64,000 nucleotides of DNA from a virus: the IMG/VR virus record IMGVR_UViG_3300035180_000254; one strand, 5' to 3'. This document shows positions 45,974 through 54,500 of the stretch, piece by piece (within the stretch, counting starts at the first letter, position 1; each line of letters starts with the position of its first letter). A program made the position numbers and the translations under genes. The notes beneath the pieces are model-generated. The model did not search any database. It worked only from the letters and a program-made list of their open reading frames with translations, and was not told the DNA's origin.

Positions 45974-46173
45974 CAGTTGTCCTCCGGCATGCGCGGGCAG
46001 GGTGCCCAGTGAGTCCAGTAGCGGGACTTGCCGTCCCACTGACTGTAGACAGCCACACCGCCAATACCCAGGAGCTGCAGCTTCACGCCGCGCGGTGTGT
46101 CAAGGCCGATCTTTTGCCAGTAGTAGTCTGTTGACACAGCGACCGTCTGGTCCTTGTTGAGGGTGTGGCTCAT
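45973..46173 (-). CDS. hypothetical protein
   Basis: 66-aa ORF whose stop overlaps the polymerase start. Confidence 0.55.
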   Translation of the reverse strand: MSHTLNKDQTVAVSTDYYWQKIGLDTPRGVKLQLLGIGGVAVYSQWDGKSRYWTHWAPCPRMPEDN

Positions 46174-46319
46174 GCGAACGCCCTTGCACCGGCGAGGCGG
46201 AATGCTTCAACCGACACGCGCACGTCGAAGCCGTCCCAGTTATGAACTTTCACGATAGCTTCCTGAGCACGACCGGTGTAGTTGGCCATGTGGTCGCCTT
46301 GAATCAGAACGAGTTTCAT
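46170..46319 (-). CDS. small hypothetical protein (49 aa, below the track threshold)
   Basis: MKLVLIQGDHMANYTGRAQEAIVKVHNWDGFDVRVSVEAFRLAGARAFA. ATGA-coupled to the next gene. Confidence 0.4.
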   Translation of the reverse strand: MKLVLIQGDHMANYTGRAQEAIVKVHNWDGFDVRVSVEAFRLAGARAFA

Positions 46320-46329
46320 ACGATCTCCG

Positions 46330-47868
46330 TTAGAGTAAAGAGAATAGGTCGAGTAGATTGCTCATGCGGGCATTCTTCTCATTCAAGATGTCCCACACCA
46401 GCTCTTCGCGCGTGTCTTTGGCCGTGACCACGATGTTCTCGGTCTTCTGCGTCTGACCCATGCGGGCCTGACGCTTGGAGCCTTGCTTGAACACCTCCAG
46501 GTCATAGGTCGGGCCAGACCAGATGGTGGCCGTGCCCTTGGTCAGCGTGAGGCCGTGCGCTGCGCTCTTGGGGTGAGCGAACAGGGTCTGGTAGGCACCG
46601 GCCTGGTAGCACTTCACGATGGCCTCGCGCTCAGAGTCCTTCACGCTGCCGTCGATCAGAGCGAACGTGACGCCGCGCTTTTCAGCCTCGGCAATCAGGA
46701 GGTCGCGTTGGTGCTTCCAATAGAAGAAGCACAGGCTGTGCTTGCGCGCTTCGATCAGGTCCAAGATCATCTCGTAGCGGCCAGTGTCGATCAGGTGGTA
46801 CTTGTTCTCGGACTCGTACACAGCGCCCGAGGCAACCTGGAGCAGCTTCTGGGCCAGGACACCGGCGTGCTGGGCAGTGATAGCTGCCTTGGGCATTAGC
46901 TTTTTGCTGCGCACGCGGGCCGTAGCGCGCTCTTCCATGGTGCCGTAAATCTGCAACATGCAGGTCTCCAGCATCTCGTCGTATGCCTTGCGATGCGCGC
47001 GGCCCAGTTCGTAAGGGATGCTGTACTGATGGGTCTCAGGGATGTCCACACAGTCCTCGAACTTGTGCCGGATGGTGATGTCGCTGAGCAGGCCGAACAC
47101 GGCTTCCTCGGCGCCACCCTTGTCCGACCAGTTGATGGCGTTGGCGTTCATACCGACCTGCTTAGGCGTACACACTGTGTTGCGGAACGCATAGAAGCTC
47201 GGGCCGAGACGCTTGCCGCCGTCCAGGAGCAGTACCTGATGCCAGACATCCGTGATGCTGTTGCTGTTGGGCGTGCCCGTCATGCAGCAGCGGTAGTGGA
47301 AGAACTTGCTGATCTTGGCGGCAGCACGTGAGCGCTGGGAAGCGTGGTGCTTGTAGGCGGTGGACTCGTCCACGACCAATTCGGAGAAGCGCGCGAAGAA
47401 GCCCTTAGGCTGCTTGGCGAGCCACTTCACCGCGTCGATGTTGGTGACGTAGACATCAGCGTCCTGCTTGAACACTTCTTCGTGTTTGCCTGCCGTGCTT
47501 ACTGCCACCGTGAGCTGGGGTGCGAACTTCTTGATGTCGTTGAGCCATACCGACCTCAGCAGTGATTTCGGCGCGAGTACTAGCATAGAGCGCCCAGGCG
47601 TCGTAGAAGTCGTCGTGGTTCGTTTTGTACCGCGACGACTCGTCCCGGACGATGCGGCCCGTAGTCGTGTCGCAAACGCCATGATCCGCACATACGTCTT
47701 GCCCGTCCCAGGGTCGCTGCAGTCGAAGACTATGTCGGTCTTCTCATTGTGCTTGAGCGACTTGACCTGATGCGCGAAGGGCTTGATTACGGCGGGCGTT
47801 GATTTCGTTTTTTTGACCTGCTTCGTAGTACCGCGCAAGGCTGAGTGCGGAGAGGCTAATGCGACCAC
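46330..47868 (-). CDS. SNF2/DEAD-like superfamily 2 helicase
   Basis: Walker A DPGTGKT, motif II VVDESTAYKH, motif III MTGTPNSN, and a C-terminal helicase domain. GTG start with an AAGGAA RBS. Confidence 0.8.
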   Translation of the reverse strand: MVALASPHSALRGTTKQVKKTKSTPAVIKPFAHQVKSLKHNEKTDIVFDCSDPGTGKTYVRIMAFATRLRAASSGTSRRGTKRTTTTSTTPGRSMLVLAPKSLLRSVWLNDIKKFAPQLTVAVSTAGKHEEVFKQDADVYVTNIDAVKWLAKQPKGFFARFSELVVDESTAYKHHASQRSRAAAKISKFFHYRCCMTGTPNSNSITDVWHQVLLLDGGKRLGPSFYAFRNTVCTPKQVGMNANAINWSDKGGAEEAVFGLLSDITIRHKFEDCVDIPETHQYSIPYELGRAHRKAYDEMLETCMLQIYGTMEERATARVRSKKLMPKAAITAQHAGVLAQKLLQVASGAVYESENKYHLIDTGRYEMILDLIEARKHSLCFFYWKHQRDLLIAEAEKRGVTFALIDGSVKDSEREAIVKCYQAGAYQTLFAHPKSAAHGLTLTKGTATIWSGPTYDLEVFKQGSKRQARMGQTQKTENIVVTAKDTREELVWDILNEKNARMSNLLDLFSLL

Positions 47869-47959
47869 GGAGTCGTTCCTTTACTTGATGTTTGAGAATT
47901 CGTTCGCCCCACTTCTTGAGCAGGTAGCGCTCGTGTGAGCGCCGCTGAGATGCGTTCAT
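47744..47959 (-). CDS. hypothetical basic protein overlapping the helicase 5' end
   Basis: 71-aa ORF. Its last ~40 codons overlap the helicase N-terminus in another frame, so its real extent is uncertain. Confidence 0.3.
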   Translation of the reverse strand: MNASQRRSHERYLLKKWGERILKHQVKERLRGRISLSALSLARYYEAGQKNEINARRNQALRASGQVAQAQ

Positions 47960-48667
47960 CTAGACTCCCACAGTGCAGTGCTCAGTGTTCTTGTACGGGC
48001 ACCACCTGCAACTAAATTTGTTAGCATTGGTCGGAAAGTCATCACACTCGGTGATCGACATTCCCTGGTTGTGAAAGTTTTGTTTGAAGCGCAATGCTTG
48101 GCTACGTGTGAACTGACGTTCAACGATCTCGCCATGGTCGATGTACCAGTCAGCTACGGTCACGTGTTCGAGTTGGGGGTAGCGCAGGAACGTCGAGACT
48201 GCGTAGAGTTGAAGCTGCTGCGCGTGGACGATTTCATTCCCGTAGATACGTCCAGTTTTGAAGTCGATCAGACTCGCGTGAGTCTTCGACCAGTGGACGA
48301 GTGCATCCACCTTCATACGCACCCAGCCAGACTTCCAGGGGGCGACATCCCAACCCTTGTCGAAGGCCCACTCCTCTTCCATTTCGACCATGCCATCGGC
48401 ATACATCGAGCGCAACAAATCCATGTGCATACTAAAGTGCTTCTCAGCCTCTGGGCAGAGTGCATCATGCTCATTGCGGACGTAAGCCTCAGCGTTCTCA
48501 TGCACTCGGGTGCCACGGTCATTGCCGTGCTCGGTCTTACCAGGAGGCAGAGGGCGTTCAGGCTCTGGTATCTTGTTAATGTGCTTCAGCATGAACATGC
48601 GTTTGCACTTCGAAAAATCCTGGAGTTTCGAGAACGACCAGCTGCTGGTTTTGACTTGAGTGGTCAT
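47960..48667 (-). CDS. Cas4/RecB-like PD-(D/E)XK exonuclease with a 4-Cys cluster
   Basis: N-terminal Cys (FSKCKR), core IDFKTG, QLQLYA (QxxxY), and C-terminal CRWCPYKNTEHC. Confidence 0.75.
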   Translation of the reverse strand: MTTQVKTSSWSFSKLQDFSKCKRMFMLKHINKIPEPERPLPPGKTEHGNDRGTRVHENAEAYVRNEHDALCPEAEKHFSMHMDLLRSMYADGMVEMEEEWAFDKGWDVAPWKSGWVRMKVDALVHWSKTHASLIDFKTGRIYGNEIVHAQQLQLYAVSTFLRYPQLEHVTVADWYIDHGEIVERQFTRSQALRFKQNFHNQGMSITECDDFPTNANKFSCRWCPYKNTEHCTVGV

Positions 48668-49152
48668 GTTGGTGTGGTAGGGTGGTAAATACGTTTGGCT
48701 GCGAGGTACGCTTCATGCGCTACTTGCGGGCTGTTAAACCGGCCAAGAAAGTGGTGTTTGCGCTGAGCGACGATTTGAGCCACCCACTGGCAAGTACGTG
48801 CTTCAAAACTAACGCCTTGGTAACCAGTGGTATTGCGACTAGGAATTCCACGGTTGTGCTGATTCATAGAAGGCGTCGCATCGCGCAAGTTCTTAATCCT
48901 GTTGTCCGCCTTCACACGGTTCTTGTGATCAACCTCATATGTCGGCCAGACGCCATGGACGTAGAACCAAGCAAGGCGGTGTGCCAGATAGCGTTTGCGG
49001 TCAATGCCAATACGGAGATAGCCATTTGCCATGACATCACCGACTTCATGACCACGAACTGCGGTCGCCCTCCGGCGCTTAAAGATGCCCGTCAGTGGGT
49101 CGTAATCTAAAACAGACTTAAGACGTTCGTGCGTTAGAATCTGACTGCTCAT
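48664..49152 (-). CDS. HNH-AP2 homing endonuclease
   Basis: EVDHKNRVKADNRIKNLR (HNH) followed by YQGVSF...WVAQI...LGRFNSPQVAHEAYLAA (AP2-type DNA-binding domain). Probable start at 49152, with a GAGGGG RBS. Confidence 0.8.
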   Translation of the reverse strand: MSSQILTHERLKSVLDYDPLTGIFKRRRATAVRGHEVGDVMANGYLRIGIDRKRYLAHRLAWFYVHGVWPTYEVDHKNRVKADNRIKNLRDATPSMNQHNRGIPSRNTTGYQGVSFEARTCQWVAQIVAQRKHHFLGRFNSPQVAHEAYLAAKRIYHPTTPT

Positions 49153-49237
49153 GGCGCTTGTTCCCCTCTGACAAGTGGTGTGTGAAGTGGTGCTCGGGAG
49201 GTTCCCGCCTTCCGAGCATTGCGCCATTCTACACTCG

Positions 49238-49249
49238 ATCTAATTTAGA
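49238..49249. promoter_or_regulatory. ATCTAATTTAGA site (copy 3) upstream of the HNH-AP2 gene
   Basis: Identical 12-mer. The neighbouring tctacact is shared with 61544-61551, upstream of the primase gene. Confidence 0.45.
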
Positions 49250-49676
49250 GTTTCGATCTTATATCATTCGCAAGATCGACGGAATACTGAGAGTCAATAG
49301 AGCGGGTGACTCTGGCCAAATCATAAGGACCGTCACCGAAGTATTTGGTATCAATGTCGGTGTCATCCTCACCAATGCGGATGAACGCACCAGACATTCG
49401 CATCCCTGATACTTCGTTGTCGCTAGGCCAGTCACTGAAGTGTGACCACAGTTTGTTGATGCGATCCACGTCTTCATAGCCGCCGTACCACTTCCAGTCC
49501 TCAGCGGTAAAGCAGATCGTGACGTACACCTTACTACGGGTGATGGACATGTGCTCTTCGCACGGGTCCTTACCAATCCCGGTCCAAGGGTTCGTCAGTC
49601 GAAACGCGCCCCAGGCGGTGAGGACTTCTTCCTCTACGCCCTGGACGACCATGTGTACGTCGCTGCGGTATCCCAT
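49245..49676 (-). CDS. hypothetical protein
   Basis: 143-aa ORF. Confidence 0.65.
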   Translation of the reverse strand: MGYRSDVHMVVQGVEEEVLTAWGAFRLTNPWTGIGKDPCEEHMSITRSKVYVTICFTAEDWKWYGGYEDVDRINKLWSHFSDWPSDNEVSGMRMSGAFIRIGEDDTDIDTKYFGDGPYDLARVTRSIDSQYSVDLANDIRSKL

Positions 49677-49677
49677 A

Positions 49678-50784
49678 TCAAATCCTTATCCGCACGTGCT
49701 CACCCCACGGCGGGACCACGTTGGTTGTCATACACCAGAGCACCGGGTAGTCGGGCTGCTCAGAGGGGAAGGGGCCGTAGCCGTCGGTCAAGTAGATGAA
49801 CGCGGCGGGCTTGTGGTCATGATCTTCGAGCCACTGGAACGGCGGGTGGAAGTCGGTGCCACCGCCACCATGCGGCTTGAACTCGGGCAGGCCACCGCCT
49901 TGCTCAATCTCGTCCACGTGCGCCACACGGGAGTCGCAGTAGATGTTGATCAGCTTCTCGGGGTGGGTGCTCTCGAACGCGGCAGTGATCTCGCTGCCAA
50001 ACGCGGCCAGGGTAGGGCCGTCGATGGAGCCGGAGGTGTCGATGCCGGTGGCCAGCAGGCCCATGCTCTCACTATGCAGCGCAGGTAGGCAGTAGCCGTA
50101 GGGCACGTACTTCTTGTTCAGACGGGACCAGCTGTAGTCGTTGCGGCTGATCTCGGTGATGAAGCGCTGCAGCACCTGTTGCCAGGGCACCTGAGGCTCC
50201 TCGTTGATCTCGACGAAGCGCTCCATGCCCTTGGGCATCTTGCCCATAACCTTGGCACCGGCCACGGCTTGTTGGACGTTGATCTCCCACTCCATGTCCA
50301 TCTCGACGGTCTCACCCGCCGATTCGCTGGCGTCCACCACCTGGTCGAACTGTTCCAACTTCTCGGACTGCTCCATATCCTGCATGAGCAGATCGTAGAT
50401 GTGCTCGGTGGACATGTCCTTGTACTTGGCGTCATAGAGCCAGTTCTGGCCAAGCTTGAAGCCAGCTTCCTTGATGACCAGGTTGATCATGTAGTCACCG
50501 GCAAAGTTCCAAACCTTCGGGTTACGGCCGTGGCGACGCGTGGTGTGGTTCGAGACGCAGTGCATGATCTCGTGGACGAACGCAGACTGGGCCAGGTCCT
50601 TGGGCAAGGTCAGCACGAAGTCCGGGTTGTAGAAGATGTGCTTGCCGTCCACGCACAGCGTCGGAATCTTGGTGTTCTCCACCAGCTTCAGGTGCATGGC
50701 CAAGCGGCCAAAGAAGTAGTGATCCAGCAGCAGCGCCACGCGAGCGGCGATGAGGTGGTCAAGCGCTTTCTTGTTCATCTTCAT
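49678..50784 (-). CDS. VWA-domain protein with an N-terminal HExxH metallopeptidase-like domain (DUF2201-like)
   Basis: FVHEIMHCV in the N-terminal half. MIDAS-type GIDTSGSI in the C-terminal half. Confidence 0.7.
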   Translation of the reverse strand: MKMNKKALDHLIAARVALLLDHYFFGRLAMHLKLVENTKIPTLCVDGKHIFYNPDFVLTLPKDLAQSAFVHEIMHCVSNHTTRRHGRNPKVWNFAGDYMINLVIKEAGFKLGQNWLYDAKYKDMSTEHIYDLLMQDMEQSEKLEQFDQVVDASESAGETVEMDMEWEINVQQAVAGAKVMGKMPKGMERFVEINEEPQVPWQQVLQRFITEISRNDYSWSRLNKKYVPYGYCLPALHSESMGLLATGIDTSGSIDGPTLAAFGSEITAAFESTHPEKLINIYCDSRVAHVDEIEQGGGLPEFKPHGGGGTDFHPPFQWLEDHDHKPAAFIYLTDGYGPFPSEQPDYPVLWCMTTNVVPPWGEHVRIRI

Positions 50785-51430
50785 ATCCCTTTAGTTCGTC
50801 TTCGAGCATGTCGTTCGCAATTAGAGCTTCGAGCACTTGCTCGTCGTCAGAAAGGTAGTCGTTTTCTTCTTCGAGCTTGATGTACAAGTCGTCAGCATGG
50901 CCTTTTATTTCTTTTTTAAGGTTTTCGAAGAACTCCTCCATGACAGAGTCAAATTCGTCGCGGACTTGTTGCTGTGCTGCCTGCCTCAAAGCCGGTGCGT
51001 CGTCATCGACATCAGGCAAGTCATATTCGAAGTCAAACTTCATCGAGCTGGAGTGGCAGTAGTGCCCTTTCGAACTCCACACGATGTGGCAGTCTAGGTC
51101 TGACTTGTATCGGGCATACATCTCTTGCGCTGCTGGAATTTTTTCCATACGGCAAAGAAGATCAGAACAATACATACGACCGGCGAATGATGCGCCGTCG
51201 CCCTGGCTGCTAAAGCCGGAAAAGCTAATGTCCGGCTCTTCCCATATGTGGCCTTTGGCCGTACGTTGCGTCCGGGTGTCGATGTGTATTCCGAGCGCCT
51301 GCATATCCAACACAAAATCTGTATAGATGCCGTCCCACCAGTCGTCACAGAGGTTGACATCCCGGTACTTGTCGAGGATCGTTTGCTGGTCGAAACTGCT
51401 CAGGGCTTCGAAGCGTTCTCTAAGTTCCAC
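50759..51430 (-). CDS. acidic hypothetical protein
   Basis: 223 aa with a very Asp/Glu-rich C-terminal third. Confidence 0.6.
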   Translation of the reverse strand: MELRERFEALSSFDQQTILDKYRDVNLCDDWWDGIYTDFVLDMQALGIHIDTRTQRTAKGHIWEEPDISFSGFSSQGDGASFAGRMYCSDLLCRMEKIPAAQEMYARYKSDLDCHIVWSSKGHYCHSSSMKFDFEYDLPDVDDDAPALRQAAQQQVRDEFDSVMEEFFENLKKEIKGHADDLYIKLEEENDYLSDDEQVLEALIANDMLEDELKGYEDEQESA

Positions 51431-51659
51431 GGAGCCTCCTCAGTGCAATAGATTCCTCTACCCAGGCTTGCGCCTCTTCGGCAGTCAGGAAGAACATGGT
51501 CTGGTCTTGGAGCAAGTTGCTGCCTTTAACCCTGCGAGTTCGCAACGTGTCATACCCGTTGCGGTTCAGCGACTTCAGGTACTGACCGACGAACTCGCGT
51601 GCGTAGTAGCAGTAAGCACTGACGCCATCGGCACTAGGCTTCCAGGTCAGCTCGGACAT
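51420..51659 (-). CDS. hypothetical protein
   Basis: 79-aa ORF. Confidence 0.55.
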   Translation of the reverse strand: MSELTWKPSADGVSAYCYYAREFVGQYLKSLNRNGYDTLRTRRVKGSNLLQDQTMFFLTAEEAQAWVEESIALRRLRGT

Positions 51660-52477
51660 ACTGCCAAGATCGCCTGGGCCTCAGACAGCACACGTGCGCG
51701 TGTCGTCGCCGAGTTGCGCAGCTTCTGCGGGTCGACGATCAGGCCCGCGACGATACGGTCACAGACGTGCTGCATGTTCGGGTCGTCGTTGATGTTTAGG
51801 CCGGGCAGGAGTCGGCTCAGGTCTTCGAGGTTTTCGATAAGCGAGTCGTGAATCACAGTCTTTTTAGCGCTGAGCCGATCAACGACACGACTAAGGCCTT
51901 CCCGAATTCGTACCCAGGCTGATTCAATCGCGGCTTTCTGTCGTTTAACCACTCGGTCAGTAAGCTCCTGAGAAATCCGTGCGCGTTCTGCGTCACCCAC
52001 GTCCACACGAAAATCGCTTCCGTCGGGCACAGGCATGATGTCCAGCTCCACGTCGAACTTGCCGTACAGCTCAGAAGCTTCCGGGTAGTCGTCGGGCTGG
52101 AACATCGTGCCCAGGCGGCGACGGGCCTCCTGTACGAGTGTGGGGTATTCCTGGGCGAACTTGGAGACCAGGTTCGCGTACTCCTGCTTCATACGGCGCA
52201 TCTCGGCGCTATAGTCGCGGAACAGCTTGGAGGGGAGCAGCCGCGCACCGTTGTCCATCCACGGCAAGGTCATCTTGTAGTGGTAGTTGCGGATGCTGGT
52301 CGCATACTGGGTCAGCGGGTCCAGGTACTGCTTGTCGATTAGGTCTTTGTTGTAGCGGCCTGCGTCACGTGCATTGTGCGCAGCCTCCACTTCCCTAGAG
52401 ACCTTCTTGTCTTGCTTGCGTGCTGTCCAACAGCTCACAGAGAGCGTGATCAGCATCGCCTTATCTTGAAGTGCCAT
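51647..52477 (-). CDS. DUF3150-like protein (putative partner of the AAA+/VWA pair)
   Basis: The N-terminus LITLSVSCWTARKQDKKVSREV resembles the DUF3150 family, as I recall it. Located between the AAA+ and VWA genes. Confidence 0.45.
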   Translation of the reverse strand: MALQDKAMLITLSVSCWTARKQDKKVSREVEAAHNARDAGRYNKDLIDKQYLDPLTQYATSIRNYHYKMTLPWMDNGARLLPSKLFRDYSAEMRRMKQEYANLVSKFAQEYPTLVQEARRRLGTMFQPDDYPEASELYGKFDVELDIMPVPDGSDFRVDVGDAERARISQELTDRVVKRQKAAIESAWVRIREGLSRVVDRLSAKKTVIHDSLIENLEDLSRLLPGLNINDDPNMQHVCDRIVAGLIVDPQKLRNSATTRARVLSEAQAILAVCPS

Positions 52478-52688
52478 TGTTTCCTCTCAATCGCAGAATC
52501 GCGAACTCAGTTTGAAATTCGTCGAGTCGTTCACGTATGTAGTCAGCACTCTCGCCGGGATCGTTGCGATGGTCCCAGTACCACTGATACCAGGCGCGCT
52601 CTACACCAGCTACATACATGTCCATCACTTTGCTCACCGCAGCGGCGTGCCAAGACTGGAACTCACTTGGATGGAGGTAGTTCACCAC
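52461..52688 (-). CDS. hypothetical protein
   Basis: 75-aa ORF. Confidence 0.5.
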   Translation of the reverse strand: MVNYLHPSEFQSWHAAAVSKVMDMYVAGVERAWYQWYWDHRNDPGESADYIRERLDEFQTEFAILRLRGNNGTSR

Positions 52689-52908
52689 GAATCCTCATCA
52701 AGGCGATCTTCTCGACCATCCACTCCATGCGCTCCGTGCTGATGCGTAAGCCCCTCAGCGCGCCGTTGTAGTGGATACGGTAGCTATCGACTAGACTGCC
52801 GTACCGAGCGTTGCCAATGTTGAAATGCTTCTTGTACTCAAGCAGCGCTCGCATTGGCAGCTCGTCAGGGTCAATCCAGTCAGCCCTTGCGTAATCACGC
52901 AGGGACAC
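52663..52908 (-). CDS. hypothetical protein
   Basis: 81-aa ORF. Confidence 0.5.
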   Translation of the reverse strand: MSLRDYARADWIDPDELPMRALLEYKKHFNIGNARYGSLVDSYRIHYNGALRGLRISTERMEWMVEKIALMRIRGELPPSK

Positions 52909-52913
52909 AGCTA

Positions 52914-53936
52914 CTAGACCAGCAAAGAGCGGTTCTCACGAATCCAGCTCGTAAACGCTTTGGTCTCGCTGATCGCTTCATCGCGGCGGTCAGCCTGGGT
53001 GACGTACACCACCTCGAAGTCCTTGGACATGCGGCCCACGTACTTCAGGTAGGCCGGGAACGTCTCGGGCGTAGTGCGTGCTTCCAGGCCAGCCAGGACG
53101 GCATAGCGCGTGCTGGGCGACTCGGGCACCATCACGCCTTCGGGGTCGCTGGCGATCTTGTCCAGGTCAGGCATGTGTGCGCGATCACGTGCAAAGCCCA
53201 CTAGCTTGGTCGCCACGCCTTCGCCGATGGTGCCTTGCAGCAGCGGCAGCATCACCTCGGGGCGCAGCTTGCTGTTGATGACCTTGTCGGCCACGGCCCA
53301 GGTACGGGGCGTGTGGAAGGCGCGGGCACCGGGCTCAATCTTCTCGACGACCAGGTCACCGGGCTGCATGCGAATGTAGCCACGGGTGGTCTCGCTCAGG
53401 CCCTTGTCCAGCGCCCAGTTGTTCCAGTCTTCGTGGTCCACCGTGTAATCCAGGTGGATGAAGCGGTTGCACAGCGCGGCGGGCATGGCATGCACCACGG
53501 AGCGGTCTGTGGAGCGGTTGCCAGCGGCCAGAACGGTCCAGCCAGGGGGTAGCACGTAGTCACCGATGCGGCGGTCCAGGATGAGCTGGTAAGCCCCTGC
53601 TTGGACCGAGTTGGGGGCAGCGTTGATCTCGTCCAGGAACAGGATGCCGTTGCCCTTGGTGGGCAGCTGGGCCATAGGGAAGAAGGCCATGGTCTTGGTG
53701 GCCGTGTCGGGCATGGGGAAGCCCTTGAGGTCAGTCGGGTCGCAGTTCGACAGACGGATGTCCACGAAGGCGAAGTAGTCCTTCTTGGCCTTGATCTTGG
53801 AGTTGATGCGGTCCACAGTGGCGCGGACCACGTCGGACTTGCCGACGCCGGGAGGACCCCAGATCATGGTCGGCTGCTGGATGCTCACGACGTATTCGAG
53901 AGCTTCGATGAGGAGAGAAGGCTTCATGTTGTCCAC
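52914..53936 (-). CDS. MoxR/CbbQ-like AAA+ ATPase
   Basis: Walker A GPPGVGKS, Walker B ILFLDEINAA, and ~340 aa length typical of the AAA_5/MoxR class. Confidence 0.8.
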   Translation of the reverse strand: MDNMKPSLLIEALEYVVSIQQPTMIWGPPGVGKSDVVRATVDRINSKIKAKKDYFAFVDIRLSNCDPTDLKGFPMPDTATKTMAFFPMAQLPTKGNGILFLDEINAAPNSVQAGAYQLILDRRIGDYVLPPGWTVLAAGNRSTDRSVVHAMPAALCNRFIHLDYTVDHEDWNNWALDKGLSETTRGYIRMQPGDLVVEKIEPGARAFHTPRTWAVADKVINSKLRPEVMLPLLQGTIGEGVATKLVGFARDRAHMPDLDKIASDPEGVMVPESPSTRYAVLAGLEARTTPETFPAYLKYVGRMSKDFEVVYVTQADRRDEAISETKAFTSWIRENRSLLV

Positions 53937-53947
53937 CTAAAAAAGAA

Positions 53948-54166
53948 TTAAGGATATTTGCGCGGCCACAGGGGCAGCGTGATCTTTTCAGCCCCGAAGA
54001 GTTCGAGGTATGTGTTGGGGTAGACCTGGTTACCCGGCGCGACGTACATTCCTTTATTGCAGTAGTGCGGCACGAGCAGCAGGCCAAGCAGCAGATATGC
54101 AGTCTGTGGGGCCAGCTCGTGGGGAACGTTGTAACTAGCCACGGTAGGCATGGTGGTCAGGTCCAT
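53948..54166 (-). CDS. hypothetical protein
   Basis: 72-aa ORF. Confidence 0.5.
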   Translation of the reverse strand: MDLTTMPTVASYNVPHELAPQTAYLLLGLLLVPHYCNKGMYVAPGNQVYPNTYLELFGAEKITLPLWPRKYP

Positions 54167-54296
54167 AGGTGACGCAGAATTTCTCTGCGCCCAGCTCGTT
54201 GCGCTTCGCCTTGGCGTCGGGCTTAGAGGGGAAGAACAGGTCGGGGAGGATGCGACCAGTGGAGAGGTCGCGCAATGCGAACAGGCGAGGTTTCAT
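54135..54296 (-). CDS. small hypothetical protein (53 aa, below the track threshold)
   Basis: MKPRLFALRDLSTGRILPDLFFPSKPDAKAKRNELGAEKFCVTYGPDHHAYRG. An upstream AT-rich stretch contains TATAAT. Confidence 0.4.
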   Translation of the reverse strand: MKPRLFALRDLSTGRILPDLFFPSKPDAKAKRNELGAEKFCVTYGPDHHAYRG

Positions 54297-54350
54297 GGTG
54301 TTCCGCTTCTACTGAAGTTGTTGCTGGATCGAAAAAGATTATAGATTACT

Positions 54351-54500
54351 TCAGCATTTGTCTCCTCGGGATTTAATGTGTTTATTTCCGTCGTTGCGGT
54401 AGTAAACGTGCTCCTTATTGGGCTCGTACTTACCCTTGAGTTTGTTCACCAGCACACCTGGGGTGGTCTGGACGGGGAGTTTGATTGGCTTGGGTTTCAC
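54351..54500 (-). CDS. small basic protein (49 aa, below the track threshold)
   Basis: GTG start overlapping the upstream TGA (GTGA). MKPKPIKLPVQTTPGVLVNKLKGKYEPNKEHVYYRNDGNKHIKSRGDKC. Confidence 0.35.
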   Translation of the reverse strand: MKPKPIKLPVQTTPGVLVNKLKGKYEPNKEHVYYRNDGNKHIKSRGDKC

